Source: Chthoniobacterales bacterium (lineage in GTDB: Bacteria; Verrucomicrobiota; Verrucomicrobiia; Chthoniobacterales; Chthoniobacteraceae). Taken from it: 64,000 bases of DNA. Positions within the stretch are counted from its first letter, which is position 1, and each line of letters opens with the position of its first letter. Below the pieces are notes generated by a model. The model saw nothing but the letters and a program-made list of their open reading frames with translations, did no database searches and was not told the origin of the DNA. A program made the translations under genes and the position numbers. The stretch covers positions 15,756 through 79,755 of the forward strand of contig JBBSFI010000001.1 in NCBI GenBank assembly GCA_038238905.1. The letters are read 5' to 3'. Shown one piece after another: positions 17,918 to 28,053 of the stretch.

Positions 17918-19396
17918 ATGAGCCACACCGACTTGCATTCAGACTCGTTTACCGGCCACTTCCTCGGCGGGAAGCGGACTGGGAAAGATGCCGCCCGCAC
18001 CCTGCCATTGACCTCTCCAATAGATGGCGCTCCGATGGGAGCGCTCGCGGTTGCGGACTTCGCGCAGGTCGGCGCCGCCGCGGAGCTAGCGCATGAGGCC
18101 TTTATAGCGTGGTCGCAAACACCAGTCAAAGAGCGCGCGCAGCCGCTCTTTCGATTCAAGACGCTCGTGGAGGCAAACCTCCAGCGGCTGGCCGAGGCCG
18201 TCTCGCGCGAGAGCGGCAAAACGATCGAGGAGGGCGCGGCCGGAATTCAGCGGGGCCTGGAGGTCGTCGAGTATGCCTGCGCGACACCGGCACTGATCGC
18301 TGGCGATCTTCTTGAAGTGAGCCGCGGGGTCGATTGCTATGCGCGGCGCTTTCCGCTCGGCGTCGTGGCAGGCATCACGCCATTCAATTTTCCGGCGATG
18401 GTGCCGATGTGGATGTTTCCCATGGCGATTGCCTGCGGAAATACATTCATCCTAAAGCCCAGCGAACAGACACCTCAAACCCCGCTCCTGCTCGCCGAGT
18501 TGCTCTCAGAAGCCGGTCTGCCGGATGGTGTCTTCAACGTTCTCCATGGTGATCGCGAAACGGTGGAATCGTTGCTGGATCATCCGCTGGTCCGCGCCGC
18601 CGCATTTGTCGGCAGCACGGCTGTGGCTAAAAGCGTCTTCGCGCGGGGCACGGGCGCAGGCAAGCGCATGCTGACCCTTGGCGGCGCCAAGAATCATGTA
18701 GTCATCCTTCCCGACGCCGATCCCCGGCTTGTCGCGAAGAATCTCGCCGCATCGGTGACCGGGTGCGCGGGGCAGCGCTGCATGGCGGCAAGCGTCGCAA
18801 TCGGCGTGGGATCCTGTGACGCCACGATTGACGCCATCGCGTTGGAACTGAGGCAAGTGCGCCCGGGATATGAAATGGGAGCGATCGTGAGCGCGAAGGC
18901 GCGTGACCGGATCGCAAGTTATATAGCTGCGGCCGCCGGAGAAGGAGCCGATCTCGTCCTGGATGGACGGAATCCAAGTCTGCCGGAAGGCAAGCAGGCC
19001 GGCTTTTATGTCGGATCGACGCTCATCGACCGGCTGCAACCGACATCTTCGTGTGCGCAGGACGAAATCTTCGGGCCCGTCCTGTCGGTGCTCCGAGCCG
19101 GCACACTCGATGAAGCCCTCTCTATCGAGAATCGCAGCCCCTACGGCAATGCGGCCTCCATATATACCCGGAGCGGAGCGGCAGCCCGCTACTTCGAGCA
19201 GCGCGCAAGCGCCGGGATGATTGGCATCAATATCGGAGTTCCGGTGCCGCGCGACCCCTTCGCATTCGGCGGCTGGAACGACTCGAAGTTCGGGCTTGGC
19301 GACGTAACTGGAAAAGACGGCATCGCGTTTTGGACACAAGCAAAGAAAACCACGGTGAAGTGGGGCGGCGCTGAAGCGCTCAATTGGATGTCTTAA
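17918..19396 (+). CDS. mmsA: methylmalonate/malonate-semialdehyde dehydrogenase (CoA-acylating)
   Basis: ATG 17918. ALDH fold with ITPFNFPAMVPMW, GGAKNH and the catalytic-Cys block GCAGQRCMAAS characteristic of MMSDH/IolA. Confidence 0.85.
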   Translation: MSHTDLHSDSFTGHFLGGKRTGKDAARTLPLTSPIDGAPMGALAVADFAQVGAAAELAHEAFIAWSQTPVKERAQPLFRFKTLVEANLQRLAEAVSRESGKTIEEGAAGIQRGLEVVEYACATPALIAGDLLEVSRGVDCYARRFPLGVVAGITPFNFPAMVPMWMFPMAIACGNTFILKPSEQTPQTPLLLAELLSEAGLPDGVFNVLHGDRETVESLLDHPLVRAAAFVGSTAVAKSVFARGTGAGKRMLTLGGAKNHVVILPDADPRLVAKNLAASVTGCAGQRCMAASVAIGVGSCDATIDAIALELRQVRPGYEMGAIVSAKARDRIASYIAAAAGEGADLVLDGRNPSLPEGKQAGFYVGSTLIDRLQPTSSCAQDEIFGPVLSVLRAGTLDEALSIENRSPYGNAASIYTRSGAAARYFEQRASAGMIGINIGVPVPRDPFAFGGWNDSKFGLGDVTGKDGIAFWTQAKKTTVKWGGAEALNWMS

Positions 19397-19400
19397 CCAA

Positions 19401-20447
19401 ATGAAAGCCGCTGTCTATCTGGGGAAAGAAAATGTCGTCGTGCAGGAAGTTCCCGATCCCGTGTTGGCGGAGGGCGAGATCCTCCTGAAGATCAGCGCGT
19501 GTTCGGTGTGCGGAACGGATCTGCGCACCTTTCGACATGGCGATAAAAAGATCATCCCACCGCGCGTGCTGGGACACGAGTTTTGCGCCACGGTGGCGGA
19601 ATCCCGAGCGCCCGATGCCAATGTTAAGACCGGCGACCGGGTCGTTATGTATATTGTCATCGTGGAAGGCCGTGATCGCTACGTGGAAATGGGGCGCGAA
19701 AACCTGACAGCAAGCCGCACTACCGTGAGCTACCATCATGATGGAGCCTTTGCCCCGTACATGCGGGTTCCGGCAACAGCCGTGCGCCAGGGGAATCTTT
19801 TCAAAGTTACTTCCGAAATTCCCGACGACGAGATGTCGCTCGCGGAGCCGCTCGGGTGTTGCATGAATGCGCACTCACGGCTCGGGGTCGGCCTCAAAGA
19901 CACTGTCGCCGTCATCGGCGCCGGCCCGATTGGGATCATGCACGCGGCGCTGGCCCGTCTGCAAGGAGCTCAAATGGTCATCGTGCTCGACAACAATCCG
20001 GCCCGTCTCGAAATGGCGGGCCGCTTCGATATCGACGCGGCTGTGCTGGTGCAGCCGGATGGCGGCCATCGAGAGGCCGTGCGCAATCTATCAGGCGGCT
20101 TCGGTCCCGATGTCGTGATCGTTGCAGTCAGTTCGGCGGCGGCTCAGAACGATGCGCTCGACATAGCGGCGAAAGCAGGGCGGATCAACTTTTTCGCCGG
20201 GCTGCCAAAGTCAAATCCGATCGCACCGCTGGATGTGAATCAAATCCACTATAAAGAACTGGTCGTAAGCGGAAGTTATTCGGAAAAGAAGAGCGACTTC
20301 CAGGCGGCCTTTGCGCTCCTCCACAGCGGCCGATTCCCAGCCAGCAAAATAATCACCCACCGCCTTCCTCTAAACCAGGTCGCGGACGCGTTTCCTCTTA
20401 TGGAAAGCGGAGAAGCCCTCAAAGTCTGTATTCTTCCACAAACCTAA
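19401..20447 (+). CDS. zinc-dependent alcohol/polyol dehydrogenase (MDR family)
   Basis: 348 aa with CSVCGTDLRTFRHG, GHEF and the GAGPIGIMHA Rossmann motif. Confidence 0.85.
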   Translation: MKAAVYLGKENVVVQEVPDPVLAEGEILLKISACSVCGTDLRTFRHGDKKIIPPRVLGHEFCATVAESRAPDANVKTGDRVVMYIVIVEGRDRYVEMGRENLTASRTTVSYHHDGAFAPYMRVPATAVRQGNLFKVTSEIPDDEMSLAEPLGCCMNAHSRLGVGLKDTVAVIGAGPIGIMHAALARLQGAQMVIVLDNNPARLEMAGRFDIDAAVLVQPDGGHREAVRNLSGGFGPDVVIVAVSSAAAQNDALDIAAKAGRINFFAGLPKSNPIAPLDVNQIHYKELVVSGSYSEKKSDFQAAFALLHSGRFPASKIITHRLPLNQVADAFPLMESGEALKVCILPQT

Positions 20448-20454
20448 TTGACCA

Positions 20455-21903
20455 ATGGATTGTCCCCATTTTGACCTGCTAATCGACAACGAGCGCCGGC
20501 CCGCGAGCGGCGGAGCCATCTCGGAAATCAAGTCCCCGCACGATGGCCGCATCGTGGCAACCGTGAGCCGCGCGGACTCCCAGGATCTCGAAGACGCCGT
20601 CCAGTCGGCGCACCTGGCATTCAAGGCGTGGAGCGAGCTGACGAGTTACCAAAGAAAGGAGATCACCTGCAAAGCGACTGCGAGCGTCCGTGTGAAAGCA
20701 GCAGAGATCGGACATCTTATGGCGTTGGAGCAGGGGAAGCCGCTCGCGCAATCGATCGCCGAGATCGGCGGCGCCTGCGACACCATCGATTACTATGCCG
20801 CCGAAGGGATCCGCATCGAAGGATGGACAAATCCCACGGAGGACAAGGCTTGCCGCTCATGGATAACCTATCAACCCGTCGGTGTCTGCGGCCTCATCAC
20901 GCCGTGGAATTATCCCGTCTCCCTCCTGAGCTGGAAACTCGGTCCGGCGCTCGCCGCTGGATGCACGAGCGTCGTCAAACCGACTACCGTCACACCTTTG
21001 TCGCCGCTGGCCTTTTGCGCGGCGCTCGCCGAAGGCGGCCTGCCTGCCGGTGTTGTGAACTGTGTAACGGGGCCGGGCGCAATGCTCGGTGAGGCGCTCG
21101 TAAAACACCCGCTCATCGCAAAGATTGCAATGACAGGCAGCACCGAGGTTGGGAAACAGATTCTTGCCGCCGCCGCGCCTTATCTTAAGAAAGTGTCGCT
21201 CGAACTCGGTGGGCATTGTCCTGCCATCGTGTGCGCGGATGCGGATCTCGATTTGGCTGCAAGGACGATCGCTTACAAGGGCTTTCGGAATTGCGGCCAA
21301 TCATGCAGCAGTCTCAATCGAGTCTATGCTCATTCCAGCATTCATGACGCGCTCGTCGCAAAGGTGAGAGTCTTCGCCGGGAAGATGACGATGGGAGACG
21401 GCTTGTCCGATCCAAAGGTCGATCTCGGCCCGATGGCGACCGCGGATGGAGTGAAAACCGCTCAGGCGCATGTCGATGACGCCGTGCGGAAGGGCGCGTT
21501 GCTAGTCTCTGGTGGGAAGCGTCCAACGGAGTCCACATTTGCCGCTGGAAATTATTACCTGCCGACTATCCTTACAGGCTGCACACGTGAGATGCTCGTC
21601 ATGCGCGAGGAGACCTTCGCTGCCGTTGTGCCATTCGCAAAGTTCGAGACACTCGAAGAATCGATCGCTCTCGCAAACGATAGCACTTACGGATTGGTTG
21701 CATACCTCTTTACCAAAGACTGCGCCGCTACGATCCGTGCGGCCGAAGCGCTCGAGGCCGGAACAGTTTGCGTGAATAACGGCGCGGTAAACACCAATTA
21801 CGCGCCTTATGCAGGTTGGAAAGAGAGCGGATATGGGATCGAGCTTTCCCGCCGCGCCGTATTCGAGTACCTCAAGACGAAGCATATCAAACTCGCAATC
21901 TAG
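20455..21903 (+). CDS. NAD(P)-dependent aldehyde dehydrogenase
   Basis: 482 aa with ITPWNYP, the LELGGHCP glutamate block and the GQSCSSLNR catalytic Cys. Confidence 0.85.
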   Translation: MDCPHFDLLIDNERRPASGGAISEIKSPHDGRIVATVSRADSQDLEDAVQSAHLAFKAWSELTSYQRKEITCKATASVRVKAAEIGHLMALEQGKPLAQSIAEIGGACDTIDYYAAEGIRIEGWTNPTEDKACRSWITYQPVGVCGLITPWNYPVSLLSWKLGPALAAGCTSVVKPTTVTPLSPLAFCAALAEGGLPAGVVNCVTGPGAMLGEALVKHPLIAKIAMTGSTEVGKQILAAAAPYLKKVSLELGGHCPAIVCADADLDLAARTIAYKGFRNCGQSCSSLNRVYAHSSIHDALVAKVRVFAGKMTMGDGLSDPKVDLGPMATADGVKTAQAHVDDAVRKGALLVSGGKRPTESTFAAGNYYLPTILTGCTREMLVMREETFAAVVPFAKFETLEESIALANDSTYGLVAYLFTKDCAATIRAAEALEAGTVCVNNGAVNTNYAPYAGWKESGYGIELSRRAVFEYLKTKHIKLAI

Positions 21904-21905
21904 CT

Positions 21906-22907
21906 ATGCTGCTCGATGCCATACAGGCCCGCGCTCTATTCCGCCAGGCGGTTGAAAGGCGTTTCGCCGTCCTTGCGGTTAATGCCGACAGTCCCGCAGC
22001 CATTACGGATGTTCTCGAAGCAGCGCGGGAATGCGATGCGCCTGTCATGATCGAGACGAGTCTCTGGCAGCTTACGGGCCGCAGCTTCGGAGCAGGGGAC
22101 GCCGCGCTCGGTCTCACGCTCTACCTAGCGCATCTCGCAGCGCTTGCCGAAGGCGCCCGATATCGCGATCTGCCCGTCATCCTCCATACCGACCACATCA
22201 AAGGACCGATCACGCTTCCGCTGCTCTCCAGCGCCATACGGGGATTGCCCTTCCGCGATCTCCTGCTGCGCCCGGGTACGCTCTCGCTCGATTCCTCGGC
22301 GATGACCGATTCGGAAAATATCGCCGCAATCGGGGAACTCTGCCGCGCGGCGAGGGATTGCGGACAGCCGCTTGCCCTGGAGATGGAAGCCGGCGTGGAT
22401 GCCGGAGTTACCCCTGTTGAAGTTGCCGATCGCCTGCTTGCGCCGATCGAGCGCGATTATCCCCAGGCGCTTTGTCTCTGGGCGCCCGGTGTCGGCACGC
22501 AGCACGGGCTTTCAGAGACGGCATACCCGTTTTCGCCGGAGGCCGTCGCCAGGCACCGCGCTCGCGCGACGGAAATTTGCGGGCGTCCGATCGGGATCGC
22601 GCTGCATGGCAGCAGCGGTCTGTCCGAAGCCGCGCTGCGAGAGGGCATTGCAGCCGGGGTTGCAAAAGTGAACTGGTCCAGTGAATCGCTTCTCATTCGA
22701 TCCCAAGCCGCGCGCGCCTTTTACGCCAGCGAGGCCGGTTCTCTCGACAAATCTCATCCCGATTGGAAGGCCTCCGCAATGGACAACGGCGTGCAGACTT
22801 TTGTATCACAACGCTATACTCCAAAGGTAGTCGAACGCATCCGGATGTTAGGTGGCGCCGGACAGGCGGGGAAATGCAAACTCACATCCGCATCGCCGGA
22901 CGCATGA
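21906..22907 (+). CDS. class II ketose-bisphosphate aldolase family protein
   Basis: ATG 21906 (M31 of the tracked ORF). Blocks LHTDH, EMEAG, GTQHG and LHGSSG correspond to the Zn and substrate ligands of class II FBA, tagatose-BP and IolJ aldolases. Confidence 0.7.
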   Translation: MLLDAIQARALFRQAVERRFAVLAVNADSPAAITDVLEAARECDAPVMIETSLWQLTGRSFGAGDAALGLTLYLAHLAALAEGARYRDLPVILHTDHIKGPITLPLLSSAIRGLPFRDLLLRPGTLSLDSSAMTDSENIAAIGELCRAARDCGQPLALEMEAGVDAGVTPVEVADRLLAPIERDYPQALCLWAPGVGTQHGLSETAYPFSPEAVARHRARATEICGRPIGIALHGSSGLSEAALREGIAAGVAKVNWSSESLLIRSQAARAFYASEAGSLDKSHPDWKASAMDNGVQTFVSQRYTPKVVERIRMLGGAGQAGKCKLTSASPDA

Positions 22908-22955
22908 CTCCACGCGCACACCGCCGCGCATTCACCCGGCGCGATGCGCTTCCGA

Positions 22956-24659
22956 TCATTTCAGGCCCAAAATATTCAGCACCATATAGTTGCCGAAGGC
23001 AAACAGCAGCGACCCGAGCATGACGCACACGGGAAGCGTCAAGACCCACGCCAGCAGGATGTTGCGCAGCGTGCGGGCCTGAAGGCCTGAACCGTTGGCG
23101 GCCATCGTTCCAGCTATTCCTGAGGAGAGCACGTGCGTGGTGCTGACTGGCATCCCGAAGCGATCCGCGAGCTGGATCGTAATTGCGGCGATCAGCTCCG
23201 CCGAGGCCCCCTGTCCGTAAGTCAGATGCGCCTTTCCGATCTTCTCGCCCACCGTCACCACGATCCGTTTCCAGCCGACCATCGTGCCGAAACCGAGAGC
23301 GCAGGCGACCGCCAGTTGCACCCAGAATGGAATGTATTTTGTGACGGCATCCAGATCCTTCGTAAGAGCGACTGCGGTCTTTTTGTCGCCGTCCTCCACG
23401 AGCTTGCCGCCTTTCACCAGCTTGCCGATTGCGTTGGATACCAGATAGATTTCGTTCCTCAGCGAACGCCGCTCCGCCGTGCTGAGGCCGGCGAAGGTAT
23501 GAACCGCGCCGAGTCGCTCCGAGACGATATGCGACCCGGCCGCGATGGCCGCGTAGGTCTTCGGCGAAAGGAAGCCGTCCGGCTTGATGAATTGCGAAAG
23601 CTCGTCGTCCGCTGCCGCCGGGTCGATCTGCGTCTCGGCCGCCTTCTTCGCGAAAAGCGCCTCGACCTGCTGGCTATGCACGACAATCTCGCGCACTTTT
23701 TCCTGCTTCTCGTCCATCTTGAGCGCATAGGTTCCTGGCAGAATCCCGACCAGTATCAGTACGATGAGCCCCATCCCTTTTTGCCCATCGTTCGAGCCGT
23801 GGGAAAAGCTCACGCCCGTGCAAGTGAGAAAGAGGATAAGGCGGATGTGGAATGGCGGCGGCCGATCCTTCGGCGGCTCGTGAAAAAGATCCGTGCTTTT
23901 GAAAATCCCCAGCAAAAGGTAGAGCAGCAGCGCCAGGCAGGCCGCGCCCGCGGAGATCGCGGCGGCGTAACCGTACGGGCTCGCGCCGAGCCACAGCAGC
24001 ACCCCGCGGCCTGCAAACCAGCTTGCCACGATCGCGATCACCCCGGACGCGATGCGGCAAGCCGTCACGACCGGCCCGAGCCACTTTGGAGAATCGGCCG
24101 GATGCTTCACCAAGCCCCGTAGAAAAGTCAGCATCAGTGCGGAGCAGACAAATCCCACCACCGGCGAGACGAGCAGCGTGATCCCCACTTCCTCCGCTTT
24201 CCCCCAATTCACCCCTGAGCCAAAGCTGTGGCCGGTCATCACCGAATTGGCAAGACCGACTCCGATGATCGATCCCACCAGCGTATGCGAGCTCGATGCC
24301 GGCAAGCCAAGATACCATGTGCCGAGATTCCACACGATCGCGGAGATGAGCAGGGCGAAGACCATTGCGAATCCCGAGGCCGAGCCGACGTGGAGTACGA
24401 GCTCGACGGGGAGCAATCCGACAATGCTAAAGGCCACCAGCCCATTCGAGAGCAGCACGCCCGCGAGATTGCAGAGGCCCGACCAGACGACAGCGACCGT
24501 CGGCTTCAAAGAATGCGTGTAAATGACCGTCGCCACGGCGTTTGCCGTGTCGTGGAAGCCATTCACAAACTCAAAGCCCAGCGCCAGCGCCAGGGCAAGG
24601 CCTAGGAAGATCCACGTCGTGGTCGTCGGAGTCGCGGCAATATCGGCCAGCAGGTGCAT
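22956..24659 (-). CDS. inorganic phosphate transporter, PiT (PHO4) family, long form
   Basis: Start at MHLLADIAA (24659). Duplicated GFHDTANAV / GSNDGQKGMG PiT signatures flank a ~150-aa hydrophilic central loop. Confidence 0.85.
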   Translation of the reverse strand: MHLLADIAATPTTTTWIFLGLALALALGFEFVNGFHDTANAVATVIYTHSLKPTVAVVWSGLCNLAGVLLSNGLVAFSIVGLLPVELVLHVGSASGFAMVFALLISAIVWNLGTWYLGLPASSSHTLVGSIIGVGLANSVMTGHSFGSGVNWGKAEEVGITLLVSPVVGFVCSALMLTFLRGLVKHPADSPKWLGPVVTACRIASGVIAIVASWFAGRGVLLWLGASPYGYAAAISAGAACLALLLYLLLGIFKSTDLFHEPPKDRPPPFHIRLILFLTCTGVSFSHGSNDGQKGMGLIVLILVGILPGTYALKMDEKQEKVREIVVHSQQVEALFAKKAAETQIDPAAADDELSQFIKPDGFLSPKTYAAIAAGSHIVSERLGAVHTFAGLSTAERRSLRNEIYLVSNAIGKLVKGGKLVEDGDKKTAVALTKDLDAVTKYIPFWVQLAVACALGFGTMVGWKRIVVTVGEKIGKAHLTYGQGASAELIAAITIQLADRFGMPVSTTHVLSSGIAGTMAANGSGLQARTLRNILLAWVLTLPVCVMLGSLLFAFGNYMVLNILGLK

Positions 24660-24743
24660 AGGTCGGGAATTAGCCGAGCGTCGCGACGAAGACCACCCAT
24701 CGCTTGTCACAATTGTGTGACAATTTCGTTTCCGCTCGTCCGA

Positions 24744-25112
24744 TTAGAGCCGCTTGGCCCGCACTACGAGCAGGGGGATCTCCGTGCGGTGGCGCGCATT
24801 TTCGATCGTGCTTCCCAGCAGGATGTCGCCCGCGAGACGGCGCCATGCGTCGTCATCGCGATCAGATCGCAGCTCTCCGCGACCGCAGTCTTCAAAATCT
24901 CGGAGGGCGGATCGCCCAGCGCCAGCAGAAGTCCGGGCGGAAATCCCGTCGGAGCGAATCCGAGCCGCCACTTCATCCATATAGCCCCGGTCCTCACGCA
25001 TCTCTTCCGGCTCCATGCGGAATCGCGATCGAGGCGTGCGACTCGGGCAGGCTCGGCTCATGGCGCGCCTCCCTCCATCCGTCCGAGGCTTCTTGGAGAG
25101 AGGGGTTTCCAT
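24744..25112 (-). pseudogene. universal stress protein (UspA-domain) remnant, frameshifted and N-terminally truncated
   Basis: The Usp C-terminal half is split over two frames. GDPPSEILKTAVAESCDLIAMTTHG lies in tracked ORF 24764..24997, and RRLAGDILLGSTIENARHRTEIPLLVVR in ORF 24744..25112. The junction is next to the HG codons near 24842. No N-terminal Usp half is visible. Confidence 0.55.
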
Positions 25113-25514
25113 AGTTGGAAAAGACTTTTAGCCGAGACTAAATTTATTCGGAGAGGCCAATTTGAGCGCTACCGGGGGCTCGCGCTCACACCGCGGGCGA
25201 AGCGCTGGCGCGAAATATCACGCGCCGTCATCAGTTTCTTACTGATTTCCTGAAGCTCTTCGCACTGGACGACGAGGTGATCTTTTACGACGTCGAGTGC
25301 ATGGAGCATCACATCAGCCGGCCGACTCTGCGGACGATCGAAGCGCTCACCGCCCATCTCGCGCGCCAGCCTGCCCTTCTGGCCCGCGTCCGCCAGGACG
25401 CTGGCTTGCAGCGTTGAGCGGCTGAGTTGCGGATTTGTTGGCGCAAGCCCGCGCGATGCTGTAAAGCGGCAGGAATCGACCTCCGCTCGCCTTCCAAAAC
25501 GATTAATCTCAACG

Positions 25515-25994
25515 ATGAATCCCCGACAGCTTTTCACGCTTCTCCTGCCCGCCATGTTCGCCCTCTCCGCCTGCGAGACGACGGAATGGGGAGGCATCCA
25601 GCAGAACCGGGTCGCCATGGCAAATGCGATCAAAGCCGAGCAGCCCGGCAGCTTTTGGATCGGTCGGCGCTATTTCAAGTCAGACTACAAATTCTGGGGT
25701 TGGGTGCGGCAGCCCGGCCAGCCGTGGAGCACAGCCAAGATGGTGATGCTCAATGAGCAGCAGAAGCTCGCGCCAGACCGGGCGGAAGGCCATATCGGCA
25801 GCGACAATGGGTACGAATACAAGCTGATTGGCGATTTTTCCGGCCAGACGGTGTACGAGCCCGCTAGCAATGGCTTCTACCCTGAATTCCTGCTGAAAGG
25901 ATATGAACTGCGCTCCGTCTCGCCCGGCAACATCTATCCGCAGCAGGCCGCGGCGATGGATCCAGCGCGCCGTGTGATCGAGCACCCGCAGTGA
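25515..25994 (+). CDS. lipoprotein (hypothetical)
   Basis: 159 aa with a lipobox-like signal peptide (LLLPAMFALSAC). Confidence 0.7.
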   Translation: MNPRQLFTLLLPAMFALSACETTEWGGIQQNRVAMANAIKAEQPGSFWIGRRYFKSDYKFWGWVRQPGQPWSTAKMVMLNEQQKLAPDRAEGHIGSDNGYEYKLIGDFSGQTVYEPASNGFYPEFLLKGYELRSVSPGNIYPQQAAAMDPARRVIEHPQ

Positions 25995-27121
25995 CTCCCG
26001 GCGCGCATCCGGAGTGCCCTTTGGATTGCGTGACGCACGGACGAGGCGCAGGGGGCGTCCGCCGCTATGTGGCTGCCATCGCCAGCGCGGTTGCTTTTGC
26101 CGCTGGCTTGCTTCTCGCATGCGGCGCCTTGGGCAGGATCAGGCCATTCGCGGGCGCGGAGCAGATGGAGCGAAAGTTCAGCTATTTCGCCAGCCATCTC
26201 GACGATTTCGATACGCTCTTCTTCGGCTCCAGCCGCGTGCGGATGGGGATCGATCCGCGCCAGTTCGATGCTGCCACTGCCGCCGCCGGAGTTCCGACAA
26301 AGAGCTTCAACTTTGGCATCGATGCGATGTGCCCGCCGCAAGACAGCTTTGTCGCGGAGCGGATTTTTGCTCTTCACCCCACGCGCCTCAAGACGGTCTT
26401 CATAGAAATCACGCGGCTCCCCGTTGGGTTTGCGCCGCCAGGGGATCAGCCCGTTTATTGGCGCGATGGCACGCGGACGGCCCTGAAGCTCCGGATGATC
26501 TTTGATGCCGAACGCCTCGGTTTGCGCCATGCGCGGCACTTTTCCTTCCGGCTCGCCAGGAGGCGCATCGTCATCGCCTTTTCCGAGTGGCCCCTCGTTT
26601 CGAGCACGCTTACGCAATTTCTTGAGCGAACCGCCAACCTTGGTCGGGGATCGCTTCTGCTCGCCGGCCTCGATGCATCGATTCCACCACCGCCGCCAGA
26701 TCCCCTGGAAGTCGCGACCGGGTTCCATCACATGTTGAACGAGCCCGGCCGAGGCGCGGCGCGGCGTTTGCTCCTGTTCGATAAAAATCTCGCTGCGGTC
26801 AAGAAACATCCGGCGCGCCCGGTTCCGCTCAATGGCCCTGAAGAGGACAACTTGCTCACGATTCTCACCTGCGTCCGGCGTTCCGGCGCGCGCCCCGTTC
26901 TAGTCATTATGCCCCAGCCCGATGAGGCCTATTACCCCAGAGACGTCCGCGCCGCGCCGATCCTCGACTTTTCAAGTCCATACCTCTGGCCCGATCTTTA
27001 CCTCCGGGACGAGCGTTTGGATCACGCGCATCTCAATGCGGCGGGCGCCCGGCGGTTCTCGCAGACTTTGGCCGAATGCTGGGCGCCGCTTCAAAAGACG
27101 CATCCGCACGAAACCAAGTAG
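25991..27121 (+). CDS. membrane-anchored hypothetical protein
   Basis: 376 aa. The GTG start overlaps the previous stop by 4 nt. One N-terminal TM segment is followed by a globular domain (DTLFFGSSRVRMGIDP...), vaguely SGNH/DUF1574-like. Function unknown. Confidence 0.6.
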   Translation: MTPGAHPECPLDCVTHGRGAGGVRRYVAAIASAVAFAAGLLLACGALGRIRPFAGAEQMERKFSYFASHLDDFDTLFFGSSRVRMGIDPRQFDAATAAAGVPTKSFNFGIDAMCPPQDSFVAERIFALHPTRLKTVFIEITRLPVGFAPPGDQPVYWRDGTRTALKLRMIFDAERLGLRHARHFSFRLARRRIVIAFSEWPLVSSTLTQFLERTANLGRGSLLLAGLDASIPPPPPDPLEVATGFHHMLNEPGRGAARRLLLFDKNLAAVKKHPARPVPLNGPEEDNLLTILTCVRRSGARPVLVIMPQPDEAYYPRDVRAAPILDFSSPYLWPDLYLRDERLDHAHLNAAGARRFSQTLAECWAPLQKTHPHETK

Positions 27122-27155
27122 CTCGCTCCGCGCGCTCTCTCTCTCACGGGCAGAA

Positions 27156-27914
27156 TCATTTCCCGCCGGTAATCGACCTCAGAAGCGCTTCGTAACGGCC
27201 GGGCGAAATCTTCAGCGCGGAGGCGGCTTCCGCGGGAGCAGGGAGCCAGGTCTCTTGCGGAAGTGATCGCTTGTACTCGATCGATGTGATCCGCGCGGTA
27301 AATTGCGGGCCGTCCTGCGACTTCACCGCCAGGAGCGCAGGCTTGCCATCCGGCCGCACAGCGAGGCGCGCCGACCAATCCGCCTGCTTCAGCGACCGGG
27401 CCAGCGTGCTGTTTAAGCGGAGATCGAGCGCCACGCACACCGTGCCGTCCACGGTTTGATCGCCGGCGTCAGTCACCTCGAATAAGGCCGGCAGGAAGAC
27501 GATCTCCTTGTCCGGAATCGGCAATCGAAACGGCGGCAATCGATAGGCTGGATCCGCCGCGGGCGATTTGGGATTCTTATCCTGGCGTTCGACTGCCGCT
27601 TCGATCCGCTGCTTTGGCGCCGCCCAAAGCTCCTGTCCATTGCGCCAGACGGTCACCTCCTCGCCGTGCACCGTGGCATGGAGCCGAAGCTTGTCGGGAT
27701 ATTGAATGGAGATATCGACCGGAATGGCCACCTGGTCCGGAGCCGATGTCTCGATCTGCGCCTGGATCGTCACCGCGCGGTTCCCTCCGTGCTCACCGAA
27801 GAGGCCCACGAGCGGCGCGAGGACGCGGGAAAGGAGATCGTATCGGTTTTCCCGCGCTCCGGCGTTTCCGATGCCTGCCACGAAGAGAGCGGCGGTTATG
27901 AGGAAGGTTTTCAA
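27156..27914 (-). CDS. secreted LolA-like / lipoprotein-sorting-fold protein (hypothetical)
   Basis: 252 aa with signal peptide MKTFLITAALFVAGIGNAGA and a beta-rich body. The LolA-like assignment is a weak resemblance only. Confidence 0.55.
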   Translation of the reverse strand: MKTFLITAALFVAGIGNAGARENRYDLLSRVLAPLVGLFGEHGGNRAVTIQAQIETSAPDQVAIPVDISIQYPDKLRLHATVHGEEVTVWRNGQELWAAPKQRIEAAVERQDKNPKSPAADPAYRLPPFRLPIPDKEIVFLPALFEVTDAGDQTVDGTVCVALDLRLNSTLARSLKQADWSARLAVRPDGKPALLAVKSQDGPQFTARITSIEYKRSLPQETWLPAPAEAASALKISPGRYEALLRSITGGK

Positions 27915-28053
27915 AGGCTGGCTGGCGAAAAGTCGCCTGCACTACTAATCGGCGCTGCGCTCTCCCCGACAACTCGTTTTACCACCGCCAAGAAAGCGCC
28001 GGTGAACTCTTGTTTTGACGAATAGGCCAGTTGCACTAAGCAATCACCTCGGA

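Noticed and set aside
25169-25633. 154-aa minus-strand ORF between the Usp remnant and the lipoprotein gene. The segment ERFDRPQSRPADVMLHALDVVKDHLVV vaguely recalls the DUF47 (Pit accessory protein) motif.
   Set aside because: The N-terminal two-thirds overlap the well-supported lipoprotein gene on the other strand. The resemblance needs a gap. Too little sequence follows the motif for a DUF47 fold.
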